Part shown: one piece after another, positions 46,754 through 56,196 of the stretch
Layout: each line of letters starts with the position of its first letter
How positions within the stretch are numbered: the stretch's first letter is position 1
Origin: Candidatus Poribacteria bacterium
Lineage (GTDB): Bacteria > Poribacteria > WGA-4E > GCA-2687025
Length of the DNA stretch: 64,000 bases
NCBI GenBank assembly: GCA_963665845.2
Contig: OY762492.1
Coordinates: forward strand, 2,464,001 to 2,528,000
Reading direction: 5' to 3'
Program-made: the position numbers and the translations under genes
Notes under the pieces: model-generated
Database searches by the model: none
Told to the model about the DNA's origin: nothing
Seen by the model: only the letters and a program-made list of their open reading frames with translations

Positions 46754-48898
46754 ATGCCTGCGCGATTTCGACACGACAAGATACCGATTCATCATGACGG
46801 ATGCGGCGTTCTCGGCATACTTGCCAAGTCGCACGCGCCGCCCATCCGCAGCGACGAGACGCTCACGGCGATAGAATGCGCCCGTTTCAGAGGCAGCAAG
46901 TTCGGGGCGGGCTTCACAGGCTTTAAAATCGACACGTTTCCCGAAAAATATGTCACGCTCCGCACGTTTGTACTGGACAACGAAGCGTACGCCGAAGCGC
47001 GAAAAACGCTCCAATCGTTCGCGCCTGAAGGCTTGCAGATTGTTCACGAAACGCCGCCCGACTTCGCCAGCGCCTCCACGATGGCGACCTGGGAAGCGTA
47101 CGTTCTCGCGGACGACGACATCCTTTTCAACGCCGCGATGGAGATCAACGCGAAACTGGAAACGGACGGCATTTTCCGAGCGCGCGTCTACTCGTCGGCA
47201 AAACACCATGTGACCTTCAAAGGCGTCGGCTACCCGACTGACGTCGCCGAAGAATACGGCATGCTGAACCCGGCGCTCTCCGCGCGCATGTGGATCGCCC
47301 ACACGCGCCAGCCGACCAACTCGCCCGGCGCCTATCCGATCTGGTCGCATCCGTTCTCGCTTATGGAATGGTCTATCGTCCATAACGGCGACGTCTCCTC
47401 CTTCGGCGGCAATATCCCGTTCATGCGCTCCGCCGGCGTTGAAAGCGTCGTCGGAAACGACAGCGAGCTGATCTGCTGCCTCATCGACTATCTGACGCGC
47501 GTCGAACGGCTCTCTTTGCCTGAAGCCGCGCTGACGCTCACTTCCCCCTACGAACGCTGGTGGAAGCGGATCGAAACGGACGAAGGCATCGAGGAAGAGC
47601 GGCTGCGGCAGCTCGCCATGAATTATGTCGGGTCGCATCTGGACGGACCCTTCGCCGTTGTCGCCGGACATGCGGACGAAGAGGATGCGTATATGCTCGG
47701 CATCATCGACCGCTTGAAGTTTCGCCCGTTCGTTGTGGGCGAAGACGCCGACCGCATCTATCTCGCCTCCGAAGAGTGCGAGATACGAGTCTTGTCGCCG
47801 AATGCGGCGGTATGGGGCTGCGATCCTGGGCGGTATGTCCTGGCAAGCGGAAAAGAGGGGTTTATTGAGCGCGGGCTGGCGCCGAACCGCGTCATGTTTG
47901 AGTTCACCAACTTAAAGCGCCCCGCGGACGAATCCGCCCCGGATGCGGTCATCGACGCGACAGGGATGGAATATGAAACGCTGAACCGCGAGATACGCAA
48001 GGTTTGCGACGACGGCGCAAAAGAGATTCACGTTCAGCGGGTGAGGGGGCAGCGTTACCTTGCCGTCAACCTGCCGCCTGAAACGCATTTGACGCTGCAT
48101 GGCGCGCCCGGCAACTGCCTCGCCAACTTCAATGAAGGCGCGCATATTACGGTATGGGGCAACGCCGCCGACGACACCGCCGATACGATGCATGACGGCA
48201 GCATTACGGTACACGGCAGCGCGCGCGACGTCCTAGGGCAGGCGCTTCAAGGCGGGCGAATCTATGTGCGCGGCGACATCGGCAACCGCGCGGGAATACT
48301 CATGCGCCAGTATGTGGACAGGCGCCCGGTCATCATGGCGGGCGGACGCGCGGGCAACTACCTCGGCGAGTATATGTCGGGAGGGACCATCGCCGTTCTG
48401 GGACTCGCCGAGCTGGAAAGCGGCTCGGACGCGCAGATTGTGGGCGACTTTGTGGCGCCGGGCATGCTCGGCGGACGCATCTATATCCGCGGGAAAGTGG
48501 ACCGCGGATGCGTCGGCTATGTGCCGAACCGCGTTGATGTGGAGAGCTATCTGGAGACGCTGCATATTGACGGGCTGATTGCGGACGCGGCGCTTCAACA
48601 GCTGCTGGCGCTGCCCGCGCTGACGCTGGACCTGATGGAGCCGCTGATGGAAGAAGAGGCGGTTACGCGCGTCCGGCGGCTTTACGACAGCAAATACCGC
48701 ATGCCGCTCATCGTGCGGGAGGGTCAGCTGGAGGACGAAGACCGAGAGATTCTCGCCCCGCATATCGACCGCTTTTTTGAGACGTTCGGTTTGGAGGAGG
48801 CGCTGAAAACGGCGCTGATGGACGCCGTCTTCACGCGCGTTCTCGCCGCGCCGCGCATGGCGCTGGAGACCGACCCCCCGCCTGTGATTGAAGAATAA
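46754..48898 (+). CDS. Glutamate synthase amidotransferase (GltB1) + GXGXG (GltB3) fusion subunit
   Basis: CGVLG, AHTRQPTN, SHPF, VHNGD, DGPF; C-terminal G.AG.Y.GEYMSGG repeats. Confidence 0.88.
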   Translation: MPARFRHDKIPIHHDGCGVLGILAKSHAPPIRSDETLTAIECARFRGSKFGAGFTGFKIDTFPEKYVTLRTFVLDNEAYAEARKTLQSFAPEGLQIVHETPPDFASASTMATWEAYVLADDDILFNAAMEINAKLETDGIFRARVYSSAKHHVTFKGVGYPTDVAEEYGMLNPALSARMWIAHTRQPTNSPGAYPIWSHPFSLMEWSIVHNGDVSSFGGNIPFMRSAGVESVVGNDSELICCLIDYLTRVERLSLPEAALTLTSPYERWWKRIETDEGIEEERLRQLAMNYVGSHLDGPFAVVAGHADEEDAYMLGIIDRLKFRPFVVGEDADRIYLASEECEIRVLSPNAAVWGCDPGRYVLASGKEGFIERGLAPNRVMFEFTNLKRPADESAPDAVIDATGMEYETLNREIRKVCDDGAKEIHVQRVRGQRYLAVNLPPETHLTLHGAPGNCLANFNEGAHITVWGNAADDTADTMHDGSITVHGSARDVLGQALQGGRIYVRGDIGNRAGILMRQYVDRRPVIMAGGRAGNYLGEYMSGGTIAVLGLAELESGSDAQIVGDFVAPGMLGGRIYIRGKVDRGCVGYVPNRVDVESYLETLHIDGLIADAALQQLLALPALTLDLMEPLMEEEAVTRVRRLYDSKYRMPLIVREGQLEDEDREILAPHIDRFFETFGLEEALKTALMDAVFTRVLAAPRMALETDPPPVIEE

Positions 48899-48968
48899 AC
48901 ATGGGCGCTCCGGCGGGTCGTCATTCCCGCGCAAGCGGGAATCTTAAGGTCGGGTAAAGGTTGAAACC

Positions 48969-50189
48969 GTGTCGGATCGCCGTAGAAAAATACTGCTAGA
49001 AGGCGCGGTATTGCGCTGGGCGCGCGAGCGGGCGGGACTCGACATTGCGGATCTGGCGCAAAAGATGTCGGTGAAGCCGGGGCGCGTAAACGAATGGGAA
49101 AAAACAGGCGTTATCAGCGTCGCCCAGGTTGAAAAGCTTGCTCAAAAGACGCATGCGCCTCTTGGATTTCTCTATCTGCCGGAACCGCCCGACGAACCGC
49201 TGCCCATCAACGATTTCCGCACTCAGAAAGATCAGCCGCTGAAACGCCCAAGCCCAGAGCTGCTCGACACGCTTTATACAATGCAGCTGCGCCAAGACTG
49301 GATGCGAAGCGATCTAATTGAGCAGGGCGCAGAGCCTCTCGACTTTGTTAAATCGTTCAGCGTCGGCGATGACGCTAAGCGCGTTGCCGAGGCGATGAGA
49401 GCGGCGCTGGGAATAGAAGACGAATGGGCGGCAAACGTAAAGACGCGGCAAGCGGCGCTGCGCCGCTTAGCGGACCTGGCGGAGGAGGCGGGCGTCTTAG
49501 TATTCGGCAACGGCATTGTGAACAATAGTACGAATCGAAAACTGGACCCTGGCGAATTTCAGGGCTTTGCGATGACAGACGAATACGCCCCTCTCATCTT
49601 CATTAACAAGGCAGATTACGAGGGAGCGCAGATGTTCACCCTGGCGCATGAGCTGGCGCATCTCTTTGTCGGCGAATCGGGGCTTTCCCTTTTTGAATTG
49701 CAGGCGCAGCCGACGAACGAAGTGGAACAGTTTTGCAATCAAGCGGCCGCCGAGTTTTTGGTTCCGGAACCTCTGCTGATCAATTACTGGAAACAAGTGA
49801 AATCCGCAGACGATCCGTATAAAGCGGTCGCAAACCGCTTCAAAGTGAGCAGGCTTGTCGCGGCGCGGCGGGCTTTAGATACGCAGCGCATCAACCGTGA
49901 CGCCTTTATAGAATACTATCGTACGCTCATCCATGAGGATTCGCGTAAAACAAAACCTGCGGGCGGCCCGAGTTTTTGGGTCAGTCAAAAATGGCGCGTC
50001 GGGCGCCGTTTTGGAACTGCTGTCGCAAGAGCGGCGAAGGAAGACAGGCTGCAGTATCTGGAAGCGTACCGCCTCACCGAACTATACGGGGATACGTTTG
50101 ACTGCCTTACGTCTTTAGTTGGGACACGTCGGCATAGGAACGCAAACAGTTTTTGTAGCGCCTCTGGATTCCCGCTTGCGCGGGAATGA
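48969..50189 (+). CDS. XRE-HTH + ImmA/IrrE (peptidase M78) protein; C-terminus runs into a MITE
   Basis: LRWARER HTH; FTLAHELAH; EQFCNQAAAEFL; last ~28 aa encoded by MITE DNA. Confidence 0.88.
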   Translation: MSDRRRKILLEGAVLRWARERAGLDIADLAQKMSVKPGRVNEWEKTGVISVAQVEKLAQKTHAPLGFLYLPEPPDEPLPINDFRTQKDQPLKRPSPELLDTLYTMQLRQDWMRSDLIEQGAEPLDFVKSFSVGDDAKRVAEAMRAALGIEDEWAANVKTRQAALRRLADLAEEAGVLVFGNGIVNNSTNRKLDPGEFQGFAMTDEYAPLIFINKADYEGAQMFTLAHELAHLFVGESGLSLFELQAQPTNEVEQFCNQAAAEFLVPEPLLINYWKQVKSADDPYKAVANRFKVSRLVAARRALDTQRINRDAFIEYYRTLIHEDSRKTKPAGGPSFWVSQKWRVGRRFGTAVARAAKEDRLQYLEAYRLTELYGDTFDCLTSLVGTRRHRNANSFCSASGFPLARE

Positions 50190-50190
50190 C
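50102..50190. mobile_element. Half-MITE within the 3' end of the ImmA/IrrE gene
   Basis: ctgccttacgtctttagttgggacacgtcggcat matches the MITE left arm. Confidence 0.75.
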
Positions 50191-50273
50191 GGAGAGGAGC
50201 GCGGGAATGACGCGGTGAAAAACGCGGATGATGGCGGGCAGAATGAACGCCTGTTCACTCTTAAGGTGGAAGG

Positions 50274-51539
50274 TCAAAGAATGCCGTTGCGCCGAAGCTC
50301 CGCGACCAGGAACGCCTGATCGCGGTTTCCTTTCGTCGAGTTGCATGCGCCGCACAACAGCTGCAGGTTGTCGAGATGATCCGACCCGCCCTTGCTGCGC
50401 GGCACGATATGATCAATCGTGAAATTCCTGAATGGAAACGCGATTTGACAGCCCGCGCAATCGCCCTCCTGTTTCCCAAACAACGTATGCTTATGCGTCC
50501 GGTAATTCGGCAGCTTGCCGAGATCGGTTCGGTTTGGAATGTCGGTTCGATGCGCCATCGGATGCTGCGAAAACAGAAGCGGATTGTCCTTTTCAATGCG
50601 TATCTTGACCAGCTGCGCAGCCTTCGGCGACAGGTCGATTCCCGCCCATTGGCGGTTCAAACGTTCGGCGGCGACGCATGCCGTCGCGCAGCCGCAGAAC
50701 GGATCCAACACCATATCTCCCTCGTTGGAGGACGCCTTGATGATGCGGTCAAGCAGCGCCAGCGGCTTTTGTGTCGGATAACCTAGGTGTTCTCGATTCG
50801 CATTTACTTGCTGGAATGAGGGTATATCCGTCCAGGCAGAACTCATCGGCGCGCCTCTGTCCTCCTTTAAATAAACCCGCCGCTCCTGCCCTTTATATTT
50901 GTAAATTTTGTAACGCTTACCCTCCGAATCCGTCTTGTCGTACCGACGGATCGTTGCTTCTTTCAATGGCCGTCTCTGGACATTGAACGTTGCGCCTTCT
51001 CCGCGCCGATAGAACAGCAAGGTGTCGTGTCCTCTGACCCAGTTGCGAGCCTGTCCTTTGAACCCAGAAACGTCCTCGTTTGACCAGACAACCTCCCGCC
51101 GAAACGCCAGCCGCCCGAATACAGCGTCCATGATCAATTTCAGATAGTGGGACGCGGTCGAGTCGCAATGCAGGTAAATGCTGCCCGTATCCTTCAAGAT
51201 GCGTTTCATCTCCAGCAGGCGAACCGCCATCATGATCGCGTACGCCTTCATGCCTTTGCTGTGGGCGGTTCCGGCGGCGTCAATGACAGCGTACAGGGCA
51301 GGCTCTCGGTCGGCGATTTCGCCATGCCATGCGAGGTTGACATCGTCCAGCGTCCATGTGTCTTTGAACGCCGCGCCCGCCGCTTCCGATCCAATCGGAG
51401 CCGAGTAGTTTTGATTCGAGTTGAACGGCGGGTCTAGATAGATCAGGTCAACGCTGTCGGAGTTCATGCCGCGCATGATGTCCAGGTTGTCGCCTGTCCA
51501 CATCGTGCGGTTCGTCCAGTTCGGCTGATGTTGATTCAT
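50274..51539 (-). CDS. N4/N6 DNA methyltransferase (beta class) fused to a C-terminal HNH endonuclease
   Basis: DLIYLDPPF, YPTQKP, VLDPFCGC; C-terminal CAGC..DHIVP..GG..NLQLLCGACN..KG. Confidence 0.9.
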   Translation of the reverse strand: MNQHQPNWTNRTMWTGDNLDIMRGMNSDSVDLIYLDPPFNSNQNYSAPIGSEAAGAAFKDTWTLDDVNLAWHGEIADREPALYAVIDAAGTAHSKGMKAYAIMMAVRLLEMKRILKDTGSIYLHCDSTASHYLKLIMDAVFGRLAFRREVVWSNEDVSGFKGQARNWVRGHDTLLFYRRGEGATFNVQRRPLKEATIRRYDKTDSEGKRYKIYKYKGQERRVYLKEDRGAPMSSAWTDIPSFQQVNANREHLGYPTQKPLALLDRIIKASSNEGDMVLDPFCGCATACVAAERLNRQWAGIDLSPKAAQLVKIRIEKDNPLLFSQHPMAHRTDIPNRTDLGKLPNYRTHKHTLFGKQEGDCAGCQIAFPFRNFTIDHIVPRSKGGSDHLDNLQLLCGACNSTKGNRDQAFLVAELRRNGIL

Positions 51540-51609
51540 GCTCGCCCCTTGACCGTTTCGTTCATGCGTCCAATATAATGCAATGTCTAGGGAAAATCCA
51601 GCGCATGAA

Positions 51610-51810
51610 CTGAGCTTACGGCTTTAGTTGGGGCATGTCGGCATGCGTACGCAGACGTTGTCTGCTGGACTCCTGGATTCCCGCTTACGCGGGAATGACA
51701 GGCTAGGCGGCGGTGCGGCGAACGGGAATGACAAGCGGGGCGGCGGTGCGGGAATGGAAGTTATGGACAGCGGGGCGGGAATGAAGGTTGTGAACAGCGG
51801 GCGGATGAGG
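51610..51810. repeat. Half-MITE followed by degenerate tandem half-palindromes
   Basis: ctgagcttacggctttagttgggg..; repeated cgggaatg[ag] units. Confidence 0.7.
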
Positions 51811-51845
51811 CGAAGGCTTTCCCGCCCTCATACGCATCGCCCGCT

Positions 51846-52382
51846 TTAAAAGACGATTGGCTCTTCGGCGTCGCCGCAGGCGTCCTCCGCGTCGCCTTTC
51901 TCTTGGCGGACAAGTCCTTTTAACGTTCTTAAAAGGTCCGCCTCGGCGCAATCGAAGTCTAGGCTGCTCGCTTTTTCTAGGCTCTCTATTGCGGCGTCCA
52001 TATCGCCCGCCAGCGCATACGCTTCGCCCAAGCGCAGATAGGTCTTGGCGTCGGGTCTCATCTCCGCCGATTTGACAAAGTCCGCAATTGCATTCTTGAT
52101 GTTGTCCGAGCCGCTCTCTATCTTGTTCAGCAAAGCAAAAGCGCGTCCGCGGCAAAAGTAGACCCATGCCAAGATGCCGTCCGCGTCGCTGCCTAAGTCG
52201 ATCTGAACCGACAGCTTAATCGCCGCGTTAAAATGCCCAACCGCTTTCATGAGAGCGCGCCGGACGCCGGGCTTGTTTGCGCTGTCCAGCTCCGCATCCG
52301 CTTGTTCAAGCGCGGCGTCCGCGCCTCTCAATTCTTTTTTGAACCCTGAGAAGTCGTAGCGGCCTTCAGGTTTATTTAGCAT
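51846..52382 (-). CDS. TPR protein, shortened paralog of 1365-2078
   Basis: Shares KPEGRYDFSG, ESGS.NI..AIADF and TYLRLG; ends PIVF but lacks the antitoxin-like segment. Confidence 0.8.
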   Translation of the reverse strand: MLNKPEGRYDFSGFKKELRGADAALEQADAELDSANKPGVRRALMKAVGHFNAAIKLSVQIDLGSDADGILAWVYFCRGRAFALLNKIESGSDNIKNAIADFVKSAEMRPDAKTYLRLGEAYALAGDMDAAIESLEKASSLDFDCAEADLLRTLKGLVRQEKGDAEDACGDAEEPIVF

Positions 52383-52410
52383 GGTCGCCTCCTGTTATGC
52401 GTTGATAAAG

Positions 52411-52438
52411 TTTATACCGAGCCGCGGGGCGTTGTCAA
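52411..52438 (-). promoter_or_regulatory. Sigma70-type promoter (paralogous to 2108-2135)
   Basis: TTGACA-16 bp-TATAAA on the minus strand. Confidence 0.7.
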
Positions 52439-52448
52439 GCGCCGTTTG

Positions 52449-52538
52449 CTGACCTTACGTCTTAAGTTGGGACATGTCGGCATGCAACGCGGACGTCTTC
52501 TGCGGCGCCTCTAGATTCCCGCTTGCGCGGGAATGACA
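52449..52538. mobile_element. Half-MITE
   Basis: Near-identical to 22461-22548. Confidence 0.8.
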
Positions 52539-52630
52539 GCGCGGTTGGCGCAACCGTTGACATGCGGCGCAAAAAGCGGCATGATACGCCCATCAACCAA
52601 AACGACCCAACACCATTGAGACAGGCGCGC

Positions 52631-53947
52631 ATGTCCATCTCCATCGTTGATTTAACCGCCCGCGACATCCGTTTCCCAACCTCGCTGAACCTCGCCGGTT
52701 CCGACGCCATGAACCCCGACCCGGACTACTCCGCCGCCTATGCCGTTCTTAAAACAGACGGCGCGGACGGGTTAGAAGGGCATGGCTTGACCTTCACCAT
52801 CGGGCGCGGCAACGACCTGTGCGCCGAAGCGATCCGACTTTTTAAACCGCTGCTGGTCGGGCTGGAGCTGGACGAGATCGCCGGCAACATGGCGGGTTTC
52901 TGGCGGCATATCACCGGCGACAGCCAGATGCGCTGGCTCGGACCGGACAAGGGGGTTGTTCACCTCGCAACAGGCGCCGTTGTGAACGCCGTATGGGACC
53001 TGCTCGCCAAACGGGAAGGCAAACCGCTCTGGAAACTGCTGGTCGACATGACGCCCGAAGAGTTGGTCGACTGCATCGATTTTCGTTATATCGATGACGC
53101 GCTCACGCCTGAAGAGGCGCTGGACATCTTGAGCGAGTCGGAGCCGTATAAAGCGGCGCGCGAAGCCGAAATGCGCGCGGACGGCTACCCCGCCTACAAC
53201 ACCTCCGCCGGCTGGCTCGGTTACTCTGAAGAAAAGCTGCGCGAAGGCTGCCGTCAGGCGGTCGCGGAGGGATGGGACCGCCTGAAGATGAAGGTCGGGC
53301 GCGACCTAGAGGAAGACATGCATCGGGCGCAAATCATCCGCGAGGAGATCGGATGGAGCCGACAACTCATGATGGACGCAAATCAGGTCTGGGGCGTCCA
53401 TGAGGCGATTGAAAACATGCGGCAGCTCGCCCATTTCAAGCCGACATGGATCGAAGAGCCGACCAGCCCGGACGATGTCCTAGGGCATTCCGTTATCCGC
53501 CGGGCGCTGTCCCCGATCGGCGTCGCGACGGGCGAAATGTGCCAGAACCGAATCCTGTTTAAGCAGCTGTTTCTGATGGAGGCGATCGATGTTTGCCAGC
53601 TGGACGCGGCGCGCATCGGCGGCGTGAACGAGGCGCTGTCGATCCTCTTAATGGCGGCGAAGTTCGGCGTTCCGGTCTGTCCGCATGCGGGCGGCGTCGG
53701 CTTGTGCGAGTATGTGCAGCATCTCGGCATGTTCGATTTCATCGCCGTTTCAGGCTCCCTGCGCAACCGCGTCATCGAGTATGTCGAGCATCTGCATGAG
53801 CATTTTAAATACCCCGTTCAACTCAAAAACGGGCGGTATATGCCGCCGAACGACCCTGGATACAGCATCGAAATGAAAGCGGAATCGTTGGACGCGCATG
53901 AGTATCCCGACGGAAAGGTCTGGCGGGAGCTGTTGAAAACACCTTAG
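52631..53947 (+). CDS. L-fuconate dehydratase (enolase superfamily, ENOSF1/FucD-like)
   Basis: DIRFPTS..GSDAMNPDPDYS, GLTFTIGRGN, KMKVG, WIEEPTSPDD, PVCPHAGGVGLCE; upstream TTGACA-17-CATGAT. Confidence 0.92.
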   Translation: MSISIVDLTARDIRFPTSLNLAGSDAMNPDPDYSAAYAVLKTDGADGLEGHGLTFTIGRGNDLCAEAIRLFKPLLVGLELDEIAGNMAGFWRHITGDSQMRWLGPDKGVVHLATGAVVNAVWDLLAKREGKPLWKLLVDMTPEELVDCIDFRYIDDALTPEEALDILSESEPYKAAREAEMRADGYPAYNTSAGWLGYSEEKLREGCRQAVAEGWDRLKMKVGRDLEEDMHRAQIIREEIGWSRQLMMDANQVWGVHEAIENMRQLAHFKPTWIEEPTSPDDVLGHSVIRRALSPIGVATGEMCQNRILFKQLFLMEAIDVCQLDAARIGGVNEALSILLMAAKFGVPVCPHAGGVGLCEYVQHLGMFDFIAVSGSLRNRVIEYVEHLHEHFKYPVQLKNGRYMPPNDPGYSIEMKAESLDAHEYPDGKVWRELLKTP

Positions 53948-53956
53948 GAGAAACGA

Positions 53957-55012
53957 ATGGAACCTGTGAGAGTAGGCGTGATCGGCTGCGGCGTCATCGG
54001 GACGAACCATATGGGCATCGCAAACTCATCGCCGGGGCTGGAACTGGCGGCGGCGGCGGATCTGGTCGAGTCGTACCGAACGCGCGCCCAAGAGCGTTTC
54101 AAACCGGCGGCGATGTACGAAAGCGGCGAGGAGCTGTTGGACGACCCGAATGTGGAGCTGGTTGTGCTGGCGTTTCCGACCTGTTTTCGGTATGAGATGG
54201 GCATGAAGGCGCTGGCTGCCGGCAAGCATCTGCTGACCGAGAAGCCGGTCGCCATGAACGCGGACGAAGTGCGTTCGTTGATTGCGGCGCGCGGCGATCT
54301 GAAAGCGGCATGCTGCTCCTCCCGCTACCGGTTCACAGACGGCGCCCGCAAGGCGACCGAGATCGTGCGTTCCGGCGCGCTGGGCGAGCTGCGCATCCTG
54401 CGCCACCGCAACATCAACCCCGCCGGCAACAAGCCAGGCTCGCCGCGCCCTGAATGGCGGCTCAAAAAACATCTGAACGGCGGCGGATACCTTGTCAACT
54501 GGGGTTGCTACGATCTGGACTACCTGCTCGGCTTGACCGAATGGACGCTGAAGCCGACCTCCGTTTTCGCGCAGGTCTGGACGATCCCGTCCATCTTTGT
54601 TGAGCATGCGGCGCCGAATTCAGACGCGGAGACGCATTACACGGCGCTGATACGGTGCGAAGGCGGAACGATCTTGAGCCTAGAGCGGAGCGAATATACG
54701 GCGGCGTCGCGCGAGGAGGCGTGGGCGGTCATCGGGTCGGAAGGGTCGCTGCGGCTGCATATGCTGGCGTCGCGCCCAAACCGCATCGTTCATGACAAGG
54801 GGAATTCGGAGACGGGCGTTTCATCCGAGACGGTCTGGGAGCAGAACGAATCGTCAGGCGGACACCACCGCGGCCCGCTGAACGACATCGCCGCCGCCGT
54901 CCGCGAGGACAGGGAGCCGATGACATCGCTGGAACGCGCGCTGGTCATGCAGCAGATCACCGACGCGATCTACGAGTCGGCGGAGACGGGGCAGTCCGTT
55001 TCCATCGAGTGA
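53957..55012 (+). CDS. Gfo/Idh/MocA family oxidoreductase
   Basis: GVIGCGVIG, GKHLLTEKP, GGG.L..WGCY.LD. Confidence 0.9.
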   Translation: MEPVRVGVIGCGVIGTNHMGIANSSPGLELAAAADLVESYRTRAQERFKPAAMYESGEELLDDPNVELVVLAFPTCFRYEMGMKALAAGKHLLTEKPVAMNADEVRSLIAARGDLKAACCSSRYRFTDGARKATEIVRSGALGELRILRHRNINPAGNKPGSPRPEWRLKKHLNGGGYLVNWGCYDLDYLLGLTEWTLKPTSVFAQVWTIPSIFVEHAAPNSDAETHYTALIRCEGGTILSLERSEYTAASREEAWAVIGSEGSLRLHMLASRPNRIVHDKGNSETGVSSETVWEQNESSGGHHRGPLNDIAAAVREDREPMTSLERALVMQQITDAIYESAETGQSVSIE

Positions 55013-55026
55013 AGAGAACGAGGCAT

Positions 55027-55051
55027 GGGGGGATGCGGCGGCATCCCCCCT
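55027..55051 (+). terminator. Hairpin downstream of the oxidoreductase
   Basis: ggggggatgc..gcatcccccc. Confidence 0.55.
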
Positions 55052-55181
55052 GACCGCCATTCCCGTCCATTCTCTCTTTAGTGGGAGTTGACGCGTAGGA
55101 CGCGCGGCGGATCCTGTTCTTCAGGGGCGTCAAGTTCAGGCTGGAAGAGGAATGGACGTAACATTCATTGGAGGCGAGAGC

Positions 55182-55901
55182 ATGAACACAACTGCGGCTA
55201 AGACTCAAGAAACGCCGAAGCGAGATACCTACCAATCGTCAAGCGAAACGCGCGCCTATGCCATCCATCTTTACAAGCAGGGGCTGTCGTTGAAAGAAGT
55301 CGGCGCCGCTGTCGGCTTCTCACGCGAGGCGGTGCGCAAATGGATCCCTGCGAACCTGAAACGCAAGAAAATCATCAAACCCCTCGGCGCCCGCATCCTG
55401 ACAATAGAAACCGCCCGTGAAATTGCGGAGCTGTTACGGCAAGGCATGCCCTTCGTAAAAATCGCCGAGAAAGTCGGGGTGAGAACTGCAAACCTATACA
55501 CATGGGCTGTCAAAGGCGGCGATCCGCGCGCCGAAGAAAAGCTGCGCATCATTCACGATGCCTACCCCTTTACGCCCCGCGGCGCCGACGAAAAGACGCG
55601 GCAACGCGCCATCGCCATGCGCAAGAGCGGCATGACCTATTGGAACATCGCCAAAGAGATCGGATACTGCGAGTACACCATACGCCGGTGGATGCCTAAA
55701 GGCATCACGTTTTCAGAAGACGCCCCGCCCCATAAAATGCGCCAGCGCCGCAGCGTTCCAAGGGAACGCGCGCGCGCCGTAAAAATGGTCAAAAACGGGG
55801 CGACGTTGAGACAAGCGTCCCTTGAAACTGGATTTACGAAAGGCACTGTCCTTAAATGGGTTCAAGAAGCGGACGAACTCAAAAGAACGGACGCGCCGTA
55901 A
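55182..55901 (+). CDS. Protein with four tandem HTH domains
   Basis: Four units A..[LM]...G.[ST]...[IV]A..[VI]G.....[VI]..W; start could be 55152. Confidence 0.75.
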   Translation: MNTTAAKTQETPKRDTYQSSSETRAYAIHLYKQGLSLKEVGAAVGFSREAVRKWIPANLKRKKIIKPLGARILTIETAREIAELLRQGMPFVKIAEKVGVRTANLYTWAVKGGDPRAEEKLRIIHDAYPFTPRGADEKTRQRAIAMRKSGMTYWNIAKEIGYCEYTIRRWMPKGITFSEDAPPHKMRQRRSVPRERARAVKMVKNGATLRQASLETGFTKGTVLKWVQEADELKRTDAP

Positions 55902-55907
55902 CAACAA

Positions 55908-56137
55908 AGCAAGGGCGGGTCGGATCATCTCGACAACCTGCAGCTGTTGTGCGGCGCATGCAACTCGACGAAAGGAAACCGCGATCAGGCGTTCCTGGTC
56001 GCGGAGCTTCGGCGCAACGGCATTCTTTGACCTTCCGCCTTAAGAGTGAACAGGCGTTCATTCTGCCCGCCATCATCCGCGCTTCTCACCGCGTCATTCC
56101 CGCGCTCCTCTCCGTCATTCCCGCGCAGGCGGGAATC
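55908..56137 (+). repeat. 230-bp inverted duplicate of 50167-50396 (MTase-HNH 3' end plus downstream palindrome)
   Basis: Reverse-complement match with about 4 mismatches. Confidence 0.92.
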
Positions 56138-56196
56138 TTAAGGCTTCACAGCCGACGCGCCCGTCCTTTAAAACCCTCCCTAACCCCCCTTTCAAG

